Source: Naegleria gruberi (taxonomy: Eukaryota). From it: a stretch of 64,000 bases of DNA. Below, piece after piece: positions 21,145-32,804 of the stretch. How positions within the stretch are numbered: position 1 is the stretch's first letter; every line of letters starts with the position of its first letter. A model generated the notes under the pieces. That model made no database searches. It was given only the letters and a program-made list of their open reading frames with translations, and had not been told where the DNA came from. The position numbers were made by a program, and so were the translations under genes. The DNA lies in the NCBI GenBank assembly GCA_000004985.1, contig GG738929.1. One strand, given 5' to 3'.

Positions 21145-23040
21145 TTATTGAAAAAACTCTGGAAAATAAAAGTACAATATCATTCCTATAGTAGAAATGA
21201 TCAGGAATGAACTCATCCATGAAATGGAAGATGACTCTGGTTCACTTGTTGTTACCTCTTCATTTTCTTGAGTTTCTTCAACTTGTTCTTCCTCCTTATT
21301 GAGTTCCTCTATCTGATTCTTCAATTGTTTGTTTTCTTTTGTTAAAAGAACATTTTCTGCTTGAAGCTGTTTGATGATCTTTTCTTTTTGAAGAGTCATA
21401 TAAGTATCCTTCTTCAACTGAGATATCTGTTGATCCTTTTCTTGTATTTTTTGTAATAATTCTTGTTCGACTTCTGAGTTGGAAGTAGTATCTTGTTGTT
21501 TCTTATTGGATTTTACATCTTTTTGGGAGGAAACTGGTTGTTGAGAATGGGTTGTAGTCTTTTTGAAAATTGCTTCATAATTTTCAATTAAAAACTGACA
21601 AAAATCACAAACAATAGCGATTGTTTGTTGTTGATTTTTGAGTTGAGTTTTAAGAGAAAATCTTTGATATTCATCCATGTTCAATTTCTTTGAATCGCTC
21701 TCTGATGGAAGGTAGAGTAAATTAGGACCAATCACGATACCCATATTCTTACTTGTCATTTTAGTAAGTGTCACATTTTCTTCATTACAACAAATTTCAT
21801 GTAATAAATTCATGAGCTCTGACAATATCGATTTGTTACATTCTGGAAGGTCAATCATGAGAAGTTTGACCTTATCAATAAGAGTTTTGGTTTTTTCAGG
21901 AGTTCTTCCAGTAAACATTTCAATTACCTCCTCATACTTGTCAAATGTGAGTAAACATTCAGGTAAGTTTCTAATATAATGTTTGATTAAATCTGCAACT
22001 ACCATCACACCAAAACTTTGTGGAATTTCAATAGCCAAATCATTGTACATTTCTGGGAATGCCATAAAACTGTTAAACAATTTACACAACTCTAACACTC
22101 TTCTCTTTGAACCAGCCTCTCTGAATATTCCCAAAGTTTTCACACCCTTATTATCTCTCAAATATTTCAAACAAACTCTGAGAATGTATGGAACTTTGAT
22201 GGGATTTAACAATTCCTTACCTAATAAATCTCCACAAATTGGTTTTCGTGTACTGTCTTCCTTCTTTTCCAATTGTTTGTGATATTGTTGCATATTGAAG
22301 AGAGTTTCATTGAGGCAGACCATTGTTGGAGAGAGATTCATAACACAAACTCTTGACAAATCAATGGCAGGATTCAGTTCAATAAAGAGAAAATCATCAC
22401 TAATATGATCTACGTTGGAAAGGAATTCATTGGAAGATAATACATGACATAATTGATCCATGTTAGTACTATTTGAATTGAACATTTGAATTTCAATAAT
22501 TTGAAACAAGTATATAACTTACCATTCTCCAGCATAACTGAAAACAGTATCTGACATTTTCACCATCTTCTTTTTGATTTTCCCCTTTTGTTGCTCAGGA
22601 GGATTGAATAAATTATCGGCAGACAATTGACTATTCGAAGGAAGATTAGAATCCAAAACAGTACTCGATGGAGCAGTAGTGGTAGTTGTGGATGACGAAT
22701 TATTCATAATTTTCTTTTTGAGATTGAGTGAGGATCTTCCAATGTTAGTCAGAAAATTCTTCTTTTGTTTGGTTTTAACACACCACAATAGGAATGAAAC
22801 TTGTTGCTCCTTTTCGAGTGGTGATTGAGAGAATGTGGAGGCATACTCTGAAAAGATTTTAGAAATTGAGCTGTCAGGAGATTTGGCTGGCAGAAGGATT
22901 TGTAACTTTTCCTGAAGAGAGTCAAGAATATTGAGAAAGGTTATTTGTTTGTAGTTAGTATTGTTTGATGAAACGTTATCTAGGTAGATTGTTTCTGAAG
23001 ATAATTTGACAATAATCTTCGGGAGTGTGATTAGAGACAT
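21145..23040 (-). CDS. RhoGAP-domain protein with coiled-coil and C-terminal transmembrane anchor (613 aa, 2 exons)
   Basis: join(complement(22523..23040),complement(21145..22468)); 54-nt intron GTAAGTTATATACTTGTTTCAAATTATTGAAATTCAAATGTTCAATTCAAATAG joins ORF 22519-23109 to ORF 21145-22509 in phase 2; RhoGAP core LGIFREAGSKRRVLELCKLFN plus downstream helices; C-terminal hydrophobic tail SISWMSSFLIISTIGMILYFYF. Confidence 0.7.
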
Positions 23041-23200
23041 TTTTTTAGTTGAAACTTGAAGATTGTGACAAATTTGACAGCTGTGATTGCGCTTGTATAA
23101 GAATGGCAATAAGTTGTCAACACAAAAACACCAAAACAGTTAATTTATTTTGACGATTGTTTTCAATATTTGATTTCAATAATTTAAAATATCACAAAAT

Positions 23201-25210
23201 TTACAATAAAGTAAGCAGTAAAACAATGAACATCAGTCCATAAATACTAACACTCAAAGTATTAGATAAATTTCCTTGAGTACTACAATCAATACCAGCC
23301 CAACCATAGAAACATTGACATTCATCCTTAGAGCAAATACCACTCTTACAATTATGAAGTCCACATTTGAGAGTGATGGAAGAAGCTGATGATGGAATGT
23401 CACATGATGAAGTTGAGGAAAGATAACATCTACATTCTCCGTTAAAGCATACACCCCTATTGGCTTTCCAACCACATTCACTATTATAAACAGGTCCTAA
23501 ATTTGTAGTAGCTGGGCAAGAAGTTGGTGAATCATTGAATGTTGATTCAAATGAAGAATTAGATTGAATATATCGCATAGCATCAAGAGTATTGACAATA
23601 CCCCAACCTAAATCATTACCTGGTTCAGTATTTTTGGATGCTGTCATCATGACTGCTTTTCTCATTTGATATGGAGTCCAGGTTGGATTTTTCTGAAGAA
23701 TTAATGCAACACAACCAGCAACAATTGGAGTGGCAAAACTTGTTCCAGAACTTGTTAAATAGTCACTATCTGTATTTGGAGAAACCAAGTATGTTGAGCT
23801 ACCTCTTGCACTAACTTCAGGTTTTGTTCTTCCATCATCGGAAGGTCCTCTACTTGAAAAGTATGAAATTTTTCCATTAACATCCACTGATCCAACTGAG
23901 ATAACATCAAATCCATCCGAAGGAGTTCCGATAGTATTACTTCCACCTGCACCTTCATTTCCAGCAGCTAGCACCATAATTAATCCCTTGTAACGAGAAG
24001 CAATATTGACAACTCTAGTGAGTGGTGAAGTGACACCATTAAATTCCTTCTTTGAATGTGAATACCAATCAGTATATCCAAGTGAGGCACTAACAATATC
24101 TGCTCCCAATCTTTCTCCCCATTCAATAGCTTCAATAAAATTATCCTCTTCTACTTGTGTTTCAGTTCTGACATCTTCAGTTTTAGCTAATAATACTGAA
24201 GCGCCTGGAGCAGGTCCCATAAAATTACCAAGATCATAACCAGCAATAGCAGATAAACATTGTGTACCATGATTAGAAGTTGTAGCTGCTTCTCCACTTT
24301 CGTTATCAGTATTAGTGTCCTTATTTACAAAGTCATATTGTCCAGTAATATGAATTGATTTGAGTGCTTTGTGTTGAAGGTGGAATCCACTGTCACAAAC
24401 AAGAATTGTGATACCAGTTCCATTTAGTTCAGGATACATATTTCTTGTAGCCACAACATTCACTTGATTTAATTGGTTGAAAGCCACTCCATAACTAGAA
24501 TCATCAGCTACATGTCTTGTATTAACAACCTTTTGATTTCTTTCCTCTAAGTTTGATCTTTTGAAAGTGGCAACTCTTTCAATTCTATCTACAAATGCTA
24601 ATTTTTGAATCTTTTCAATTTGTTCTTGTGTTACATCAGAAACTGTAATGGCATTCAACCAATTACTACGTGCTCCAATTTTTTGATCTTGTCTTAACAT
24701 ATTTACAATCTTTTGTACGTATTCTTCTACAATAGGAACATCATGAATTGAATAGAGTGATAATTCCTCACCACTAACATCTCTCTTCAAGGAAATTGAT
24801 TCTTGAACAACTTTACGTCTTCTTGCAAGTGCCTTCTCGCTGATTGGAACACTTGTAGGAAAGTGTTTTTCCAAGCTTTCCGAAGCTAAACTTTTAAGTT
24901 TTGTTATTCTTCCATCAATGATCGAAGGAAGATGCAAAGACGATCGTGAATTCTTCTCATCAATTCCCTTATTATTAAAATATATCCAAATCTTCATCGA
25001 TGAAGGTAATGTTGATGAAGGTGTATTACTTGAATTTACTCCTCCAACCAATAATACAAAAGTTGTTGCAACAATCATCATGCTGACCACAACCATCATC
25101 ATTGAACTTTTATATTGTTTCTGCTGTTGTTGACAGGAAGACTTTGTATTCATCATCATCTTCCAAGTATTCTTGTTCGATCTTGGCAAGGCAAATGATG
25201 TGGAGAACAT
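23201..25210 (-). CDS. Subtilisin-like serine protease (peptidase S8) with C-terminal Cys-rich EGF-like modules and hydrophobic anchor (669 aa)
   Basis: Catalytic-triad motifs VCDSGF (Asp), HGTQC (His), GTSFATPIVAG (Ser); N-terminal signal/anchor; C-terminus CxxxxC-rich then SIYGLMFIVLLLTLL. Confidence 0.85.
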   Translation of the reverse strand: MFSTSFALPRSNKNTWKMMMNTKSSCQQQQKQYKSSMMMVVVSMMIVATTFVLLVGGVNSSNTPSSTLPSSMKIWIYFNNKGIDEKNSRSSLHLPSIIDGRITKLKSLASESLEKHFPTSVPISEKALARRRKVVQESISLKRDVSGEELSLYSIHDVPIVEEYVQKIVNMLRQDQKIGARSNWLNAITVSDVTQEQIEKIQKLAFVDRIERVATFKRSNLEERNQKVVNTRHVADDSSYGVAFNQLNQVNVVATRNMYPELNGTGITILVCDSGFHLQHKALKSIHITGQYDFVNKDTNTDNESGEAATTSNHGTQCLSAIAGYDLGNFMGPAPGASVLLAKTEDVRTETQVEEDNFIEAIEWGERLGADIVSASLGYTDWYSHSKKEFNGVTSPLTRVVNIASRYKGLIMVLAAGNEGAGGSNTIGTPSDGFDVISVGSVDVNGKISYFSSRGPSDDGRTKPEVSARGSSTYLVSPNTDSDYLTSSGTSFATPIVAGCVALILQKNPTWTPYQMRKAVMMTASKNTEPGNDLGWGIVNTLDAMRYIQSNSSFESTFNDSPTSCPATTNLGPVYNSECGWKANRGVCFNGECRCYLSSTSSCDIPSSASSITLKCGLHNCKSGICSKDECQCFYGWAGIDCSTQGNLSNTLSVSIYGLMFIVLLLTLL

Positions 25211-25601
25211 TTTTTGTATCTTGTTGTGGTGTAGGGTTTTCTATTGTTTTACAGCACAGCCGTAGGATTCTGGATAACAAGAGACAAGACTGAACGGCAG
25301 TTATGATAGTTGGTTGGCAAGTGAATGGATTGTTTGAGGAGGAGGATTCAGTGTGAGTTAGGAAGGTTGCTTTTGATGGATTTAAAAGAACTGATGGTTG
25401 AAAATATAAAGCAAGTCTAGTAGATGAAGAGGGAATGAATCCATTTGAAGAGTGTTACCCAATATTAAGTAGATCATCAACCATAACTTTTTAAAATTCA
25501 ATATATTACCATTCCGATTGTTCTAATGTTTTGTTCAATTTCTCCTTTGCACTTCTAATTATTAAATTGAAATTATTGAAGAAATTAAAAAACAATTAAA
25601 A

Positions 25602-27200
25602 ATGTGTTCACTTCCTGAGGATGAAATTCTTCATGTTATTAACAAGGCCAGTGAAGTAGGATGTTGTATCCGATGTGGTTTATGTTATTTGGATTTATTC
25701 AAGATGAATATTGCCATGTATTCAAAGAATGAAAAGGAACTTGTTGAAACTCTTCTTCCTAATCATCATCAACAAGTTTGTTTACTTTCATCATCGAGAT
25801 GTAAGATTTGTTTTGGTGCTTTTCAAGATGAATATCTTCACGGAAGACTTCCTAATGAAATGGAAAAAGTTTATCATGAATATGATATTGAATATTTGAG
25901 CGAATTCCATGTTTCATTAACATTTTCAAATCATTTTCATATTAGAGAACATTGTTTTAAATATTTACTTGCAAAACATGTGGAATCGGAGCAAGTTAAA
26001 AAGATTTTACAATCTTCACAACCACCTCTTGACAGAAAGAGGCTTTTGAAAACTACACTTTCCGATATATTTGAAAAGTCAATGAAGGCTAAAGGTCATG
26101 AATTAAAAGCTAATCCACAAACTGCACCACTTATGATTGAAGTTAAATTTAATGATGATGTTATTATGAATGCAAATTCTAAGGAGGAAGTTGTGGAAGA
26201 GAATTTATCTCCATTAAAGAAAAAGAGAAAAAAGAACAAGATTGATAGAAGAGAAAATTCAAATCTTCAAAGTGTTTTGAGATTAAAATCTTTGGAAGAA
26301 CTTGATACAATTATACAGTCAGAAATACCAGCTGAATGGAATAATGATTTGAGTGATTTTTCATCTGAAACATCTGTGAAACTTGATGAAAAATTTATCA
26401 AAGTGTCTGGTACTCATTCAGTCATCTATATTTCAGGATATTATAGAAAATTAGAAAGAGGACTTCCACAATCTCCGTGGGTAATGAGAGGTTCAAAGGA
26501 GGATGAACAAAATACTAGAAGTGTTGATACATATATTGGAGGACCTTTTATGGAATATACCAAGGCAGACTCTTACAAATTTGACTCTTCTGGAAGAGAA
26601 GATAAGAACGTGAGAATGTTGGGTAATGGTAGACCTTTTGTTTTTGCAATTCATAATCCAAGAAGAAGTCACTTTACACTTGAACAAGTCAAGGAAATTG
26701 AGAACACAATCAACCAAAGAGCTAATGGATCTATTGAAGTACATACTATCCAAGTTCACTTTAATAATCTTGTATGCCAAAAGATGAAGGAAGGGGCAGA
26801 AGAAAAGAGAAAAAATTACAGATGTGTTGTTTGGTGCGAAGCTGCGTTGACGAGTGATACTGATCCATCACTCAAGGAGAAAGTTACCAATTATCTTGAA
26901 TCTATTAAGGACCTGGATATTGGACAAAAGACACCACTCAGAGTACTCCACAGAAGAGCTCTCCACACTAGAAAAAAGATTATTCACTCAATTAAGTGTA
27001 CAGAATTTATCAATTCTCATGCTATGGTTTTGGATCTTTGTACAAGTGCAGGTACTTATGTAAAGGAATTTATTCATGGCGATTTTGGTAGAACTGAACC
27101 ATCATTTGGTACCTTGCTTGCCAAGCTATTTGAAAGATCCTTACCTTTTGATTCTCAAATTTTGCAACTTGATGTTATGGAGATTGAAATTTCATTATAA
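25602..27200 (+). CDS. PUS10: tRNA pseudouridine synthase Pus10 (532 aa)
   Basis: N-terminal CxxC...CxxC zinc-ribbon (GCCIRCGLCYL...CKICFG); catalytic-domain block REDKNVRMLGNGRPFVFAIHNPRR and C-terminal HTRKKIIHSIKC...FIHGDFGRTEPS typical of Pus10. Confidence 0.75.
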   Translation: MCSLPEDEILHVINKASEVGCCIRCGLCYLDLFKMNIAMYSKNEKELVETLLPNHHQQVCLLSSSRCKICFGAFQDEYLHGRLPNEMEKVYHEYDIEYLSEFHVSLTFSNHFHIREHCFKYLLAKHVESEQVKKILQSSQPPLDRKRLLKTTLSDIFEKSMKAKGHELKANPQTAPLMIEVKFNDDVIMNANSKEEVVEENLSPLKKKRKKNKIDRRENSNLQSVLRLKSLEELDTIIQSEIPAEWNNDLSDFSSETSVKLDEKFIKVSGTHSVIYISGYYRKLERGLPQSPWVMRGSKEDEQNTRSVDTYIGGPFMEYTKADSYKFDSSGREDKNVRMLGNGRPFVFAIHNPRRSHFTLEQVKEIENTINQRANGSIEVHTIQVHFNNLVCQKMKEGAEEKRKNYRCVVWCEAALTSDTDPSLKEKVTNYLESIKDLDIGQKTPLRVLHRRALHTRKKIIHSIKCTEFINSHAMVLDLCTSAGTYVKEFIHGDFGRTEPSFGTLLAKLFERSLPFDSQILQLDVMEIEISL

Positions 27201-27901
27201 AAATCTATATTTGATTGTTATTAAGCTTATTTAACGATTGAGAAGCAGAGGCAACTCTTGGACGATTTTTAATTGTTAAGGTATTGGAATTGCAACTTCA
27301 TAAGCGCTATTGGCAGTAAATACCTGGTTACAACTGGTCGAACAGTTGAATCAAGAGAGGAAGCCAAAATATTGTAACATTTTGGAGTTCAGCAATTAGC
27401 TCCACCATAGTTACAAGGTATTAACATCTCCACATGCACGTCCATTACAAACACTAGCATTATTAGCAAGAATACCTAAGCAAAATAGATATTTGCAATA
27501 ACCAGCAGGACCAAACACAAAAACAAAGATGAATTGAATCTCACTTATTCAATCACTCAATGACCTCATTAACTGGTCATCCTGTATATGTTGATATCAG
27601 AAAGGCATCCAATAATCAATTTGACTATTTGGACTTTATTAGAAACCGAGTTAAGCTAGTGTTTGTTCCAAAATACTCTCCTAAATTGAATTTCATCAAA
27701 CAATTTTTTTTTAAAACATTAAAATTTTGTCAAACTTGAAGTAAACGCTGCAGTATACTTCCTCAATTTCATATTATTAATTATTAAATAACAATTCCGC
27801 ATTTTCACGTTTGTCTGTTGAAAGTGTTATTGATAACCATTTGGATTTTCTTTGGATTGGCTAAGTGGTTAAGGCATTTAAGAGTATATCAGCACAAATA
27901 T

Positions 27902-28093
27902 ATGACAAGCCACTCACAACAACAATTCAGTCGTTATGATCAATATTCAAAACAAGTAGACAAGCCAACTTTTACTGAACTTGCAAACACAGCCAAAACC
28001 TATCCAAAATACGATTACGGAGAAGTGCTTGATAAATTTGTAGAATTGCTCAATGAGATAGTAGGAAAAGCAAGTGTATTCTACAGAGTTTAA
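27902..28093 (+). CDS. Small hypothetical ORF (63 aa from first ATG)
   Basis: ORF only; track start 27818 is a TTG; no similarity recognised. Confidence 0.2.
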   Translation: MTSHSQQQFSRYDQYSKQVDKPTFTELANTAKTYPKYDYGEVLDKFVELLNEIVGKASVFYRV

Positions 28094-28177
28094 ACAAAAA
28101 CTCAAAACCAAGGTGAAATAAAATCCTCATCCATTCTGAAACCAGATTGGAATGCCTTGACTCATTTCTTGCGAAGG

Positions 28178-30349
28178 CTATTGATGAGAGGCAAAGTAAT
28201 TGACAATGCATTGATATGATTGTTCTCTTAGCATTCTTCGTAGTTGGTATTGGAGAGATTCTTCTTCAGAAGATTGTTCAAGATTTTCATCTGAATCGTC
28301 CTCTCCATTAAATATTGGAAACTCATCGAAATTGTCATCATAGAGCGTGTAACCAAAATATTCCAAATCTTCTTTACAAACACTTTCAAGGGTTTCCTTT
28401 TCATTTGTTTGAAACTCTTCTTCAACTGAAACTTCGTCATCATAAATAACTTGATATCTTTGTGGATATTGAAAAGTGGATTCAACATCGTTTGGCGTTT
28501 CTTCAACATTTGCTTCTCCTTCAATTATTGCTTCATCAGTCTTTTGTTGAGGTATAAACTGCATAGAAGGAGGATTATCCAAATCCTTCGAACAATTCTG
28601 GAAGAATAAATCACCACAGCCATACCAATGTTTGAGATAGAGCTTTTCCGAATGAGCTCTTTCTTTTCCATACACTTGTTCATGAACTCGAATAGAAACT
28701 TTCATTAATTCATCTTGTAGAGAATCCCCAAGATTGTCCAAATCAAAAGTGTAAATCTCACTATCATCAATAAAGTTTTGCTCAGTGATTGTTTTCTGAC
28801 TCGGCTCGTCCTCTTCTTCTGTTTCAGAATCTTCACCATCTGATATCTCAAGATCTTCTTCCGATTCTTCATCCTCACTTGGTGTGTCCCCAGCAGTTGT
28901 TGGTCCTTCTAATTCATTCCCGTCGCCTTTTAATGGTGAATCTTTAGAATTTACCTCTAGTTCATGGACTGATTGAGTACCGTGTTCTTTTGCGTAATAC
29001 TCCTTCATACCTGAATCGTTCAATTCATAAGGATCTTCTACAGTAGCATACGTTACTTTCAAGCCAGTAACCTTTTCGAATGATTCTAAAATTTCCTCAT
29101 GATTTAATTTGAGGTCAGTATCAATATTATCATCAAATGTTGGACAATATGCATCGTATGGATCGATGCGATATGTATCATATTGATACCTGGATTCTTC
29201 GAATTTCAATTCTTCAGTCTTGTTTGGAAACTTTTTCTCGTAGGCGTCTTTGAGGGTTAAATGAATTACCTTCTTCAATTCATATAACATATCCTCAATT
29301 ACTGATGGTTCAAAGTACTTAATACCACCTCTTCTGGCCAATCTTTTAATGCCTGATCTCAGAGCATAAAATGTAAAATCAGAAGAATCCTGTGCACTGG
29401 TATAAGAAGTGTCATCAGTGTAGATTACATTTCCATCAAGAGCTATTGGACCATCTGTGTCTGTATCAAGTGACTCTTGGATTTCATGAAGATATACATT
29501 CACCATATCCTTCTCTTGTTCCATCTTATCACTCAACTCAAACGGGTTGAAGCAAATAGTTCCTTGCTCTGAGTGAGGAATTCCCATAAATTGTTCAATC
29601 ATTTTTCTATATGTTTTAGTGTCAATTTCACTCGAAACCAATTCATACTGATCTGAAATAGTTCCCTTACAAAGTGGAACTCCAAACGGAAGAACCTTTT
29701 GTCTATAGTTCAACCCTTCAATCTCAATCTCTACCTGATTGTCATTAATTCTATCCCAACTCAACCCAGAATACTCCTTCTCATCCAAATCATCATAACA
29801 CAAATATGCCTTCCAAGTTGCCAATTCAGTAAACAAACCATCAGCGATCGTGCCACTATCCCCATTATTTTCAACATGTTGTTTCAATTCTTCCAAATGC
29901 ACATTTTCATCGTACATAACACGACACGTCTCTATAAATGATTTTAATTGTGGAAGGAATAGGTGAAACCAATTCTTACAAACCAAGATCATACTCTTCA
30001 TCTCTGGAGCTTGACAGAATTCAAAGATGACCCTCCAACAATCTTCAACAATTAAATTATTATTCTGATGAAGGTTATCATGATCGGAGGAGTGAATTCT
30101 CTCAGGAATAATCTTGATGGCCGAACGATGATCTTTGAATTCCTCTTCTTCTTGAACGTCATCAACCTGTTGTTTATCATCATTCGATGGTTGAGTTGTT
30201 TCTTCTGTCTTGTTTTCTTCTTCGGAAATTAGTAAATATTTACTTGGTTGAATGTATTCGGATGAGTAGAGTTGTAAAAATCCTCGTTTTCTAGATTCTG
30301 ATGCCCCTTTGGCCTTGAAACTATTCAGATAATCATTCAAGTTAAACAT
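28178..30349 (-). CDS. Highly acidic F-box-like protein (723 aa)
   Basis: Single long ORF; F-box-like LIVEDCWRVIFEFCQAPEMKSMILVCKNWFHLF near N-terminus; extended Asp/Glu/Ser-rich C-terminal half. Confidence 0.55.
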   Translation of the reverse strand: MFNLNDYLNSFKAKGASESRKRGFLQLYSSEYIQPSKYLLISEEENKTEETTQPSNDDKQQVDDVQEEEEFKDHRSAIKIIPERIHSSDHDNLHQNNNLIVEDCWRVIFEFCQAPEMKSMILVCKNWFHLFLPQLKSFIETCRVMYDENVHLEELKQHVENNGDSGTIADGLFTELATWKAYLCYDDLDEKEYSGLSWDRINDNQVEIEIEGLNYRQKVLPFGVPLCKGTISDQYELVSSEIDTKTYRKMIEQFMGIPHSEQGTICFNPFELSDKMEQEKDMVNVYLHEIQESLDTDTDGPIALDGNVIYTDDTSYTSAQDSSDFTFYALRSGIKRLARRGGIKYFEPSVIEDMLYELKKVIHLTLKDAYEKKFPNKTEELKFEESRYQYDTYRIDPYDAYCPTFDDNIDTDLKLNHEEILESFEKVTGLKVTYATVEDPYELNDSGMKEYYAKEHGTQSVHELEVNSKDSPLKGDGNELEGPTTAGDTPSEDEESEEDLEISDGEDSETEEEDEPSQKTITEQNFIDDSEIYTFDLDNLGDSLQDELMKVSIRVHEQVYGKERAHSEKLYLKHWYGCGDLFFQNCSKDLDNPPSMQFIPQQKTDEAIIEGEANVEETPNDVESTFQYPQRYQVIYDDEVSVEEEFQTNEKETLESVCKEDLEYFGYTLYDDNFDEFPIFNGEDDSDENLEQSSEEESLQYQLRRMLREQSYQCIVNYFASHQ

Positions 30350-30574
30350 TTTTTTCCTTCGAGAAATGGAAATTTTACATGACCATTCAGAAATTACAAT
30401 GAAACTCTACAACCCTATATTTTGGTTGTTTGCTTCACACTCCATAGCATGTAAACACACAATAGACCTTCCATTTGATACAATAGTTAACAGGTTCTTC
30501 ACTCAAAACATGAAAATCATTTGATATCAATCAATTTGGTTGATGGAATTATTAAAAACAACAAGTCTGAAAAA

Positions 30575-32784
30575 ATGCTCCGATTTGTGGGAAGGAAAAT
30601 CCCATCATCGAAAGGCTTCCAATCATTATTGATCAATAGTAATAATAATAATAATACACTATCATCGGTGTGTTGTACTCCGTCATCACTCTCTCATAAT
30701 AGTGGAGTGTATTCAAAATCAATTTTTAATAAGCCTGTTTTATTGGAAAATAATAGTAGTAGGAATTTTACAAGTACAACTGTAAAGAGAGCAGAAAGTG
30801 TGGAGAAGGAAATTAAAAAGGATGAAGAAAATGTAAAATTAACAAAACCATCATTATCAGTTATTAAAAAATTAATAGAAATTGCTAAACCAGAAACTAA
30901 ATTACTTGCCACTGGTATGGCTTGCTTAGCAGTGAGTGCTGCTGTTTCTTTAATTTTGCCGATTGGAGTTGGTAGACTTGTAGATACTTTGGCTCTTCCT
31001 CCAGAACAAGCCACTGAACAATTAAAATTAATCGGATATGGATTATCTGGTCTATTTGCTGTCTCTGCAGCTGCTGTGATTGGAAGATATACAGCTGTTC
31101 AAACAGCAGGTCAAAAAATTCAAAAAAGATTAAGAAAGAGATTATTTGATTCATATATGAGACAAGATGTTCAATTTTTTGACAATACAAAAACAGGAGA
31201 ATTGGTCAATAGATTGAGTACAGATGTTGAAGTAGTTAGTGAAACAATTACACATACCATTATTTCTGGTATGAGATCATTAGTGGAAGCATCAGGCGGT
31301 ATAATTTTATTGTGTTTCCTCAGTTTCAAACGTAAGTTGAAGCACTACATTTAACTAATCCATTTTTAGTTACCGGAGTTGCAGTTTCAATATTCCCACT
31401 TTTGGGTATTGGTGCTGTAGTATATGGTAGATATGTAAAAAAACTCTCTAAAAGCTATTTGGATGAACTTGCAAAGAGTACTGCCTTTGCACAGGAAAGA
31501 ATTTCAAATATCAGAACTGTAAGATTATTCTCTGCAGAAAAGAAGGAAGTCAAAAACTATGAAGATAAAATTGAACATGTTTTCAATTCAGGAAGACAAC
31601 TTGGTATTGCAAGAGGTGTATTTTATAGTGCTGTCAATTTTGGTGCTAACATGTCAATGATTGCTGTTTTAGCATTAGGTCAGTATTTTAAAACAATGTA
31701 GTATTTTTAATATTTTTTATAGGTGGTTTTGATGTTATTTCTGGAGCTTTAACTGTTGGTAAATTAACAAGTTTCCTTCTCTATTCCATTTATGTTGGTA
31801 TTTCATTTACAAATTTGAGTCAAGTATATGGTGATGTTATGAAAGCAATGGGTTCTAGTGAAAGAATTTTCGAATTAATGCACCAAAAACCATTAATAGA
31901 AGTTAGTAGAGATCACGGAAAACAATTAGACAAAATTATTGGAAATATTGTATTTAATGATGTCACATTTTCTTATCCTCAAAGAAAGGAAGTTCAAGTA
32001 TTGAAAAACTTTAATCTTAATATCAAACCAGGTGATGTAGTAGCTATTGTTGGTATGAGTGGTAGCGGAAAGAGTACTATTTTATCATTGCTCAGCAGAT
32101 TCTACGACGTTGACAATGGTTTAATTACAATCGATGGGGAAGATATTAGAGGATTGGATGCTACATGGCTCAGAACACATATTGGTGTTGTTTCGCAAGA
32201 ACCAGTATTGTTCGATATGACTATTGAGGAAAATATTAGATATGGTATTCCAGAAGGAGTTGAAGTAACAATGGAACAAATTATTGAGGCAGCCAAGAAA
32301 GCTAACTGGTAAGTTGAACAAACACAACAATATGTTATAACTTTTAATCAGTCACGAATTCATCATGTCATTCCCAGATGGTTACAATACAAGAATTGGT
32401 GAGAAGGGAATGGGTTTGTCTGGTGGCCAACGTCAAAGAATAAGTCTCTGCAGATCTATTCTCCTTAATCCAAAGATTTTGGCATTGGATGAAGCAACTT
32501 CTGGTAAGTTTTAATATTTGCATTTTGAAAACTAATATCCTGTAGCTCTTGACAGTGAAAGCGAGCATTTAGTTTCTAAGGCATTAGAAGAAGTTATGGC
32601 AGATAGAACTGTCATTATTATTGCACACAGATTGAGTACAATCAAGACAGCAGATTATGTAGTTGTTTTGGATGAAGGTTCCATCAAAGAAGTTGGTACT
32701 CACGAAGAATTATTGAAGAATGATGTTGATGGAATTTATCATAGATTAGTAACTAGACAAATGGTTGGAGCAACAAAAAATTAA
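30575..32784 (+). CDS. ABCB-type half transporter, mitochondrial-type (N-terminal presequence, TMD then NBD; 680 aa, 5 exons)
   Basis: join(30575..31331,31370..31678,31723..32308,32352..32503,32546..32784); donors GTAAGT x3 and GTCAGT x1, introns 38-44 nt. Walker [13 protein letters not shown] signature [11 protein letters not shown], Walker [14 protein letters not shown]-loop IIIAHRL. N-terminus [19 protein letters not shown] is presequence-like. Confidence 0.85.
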
Positions 32785-32804
32785 ATTATTATTTTAATGT
32801 AAAG

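Noticed and set aside
25711-27063. Track ORFs overlapping Pus10 in other frames (25711-25899, 26493-26780, 26854-27063)
   Set aside because: They are embedded in a conserved coding region and have no independent support.
27902-28093. Considered calling the 63-aa ORF a mitochondrial small subunit protein
   Set aside because: No recognisable motif; kept only as a low-confidence hypothetical ORF.
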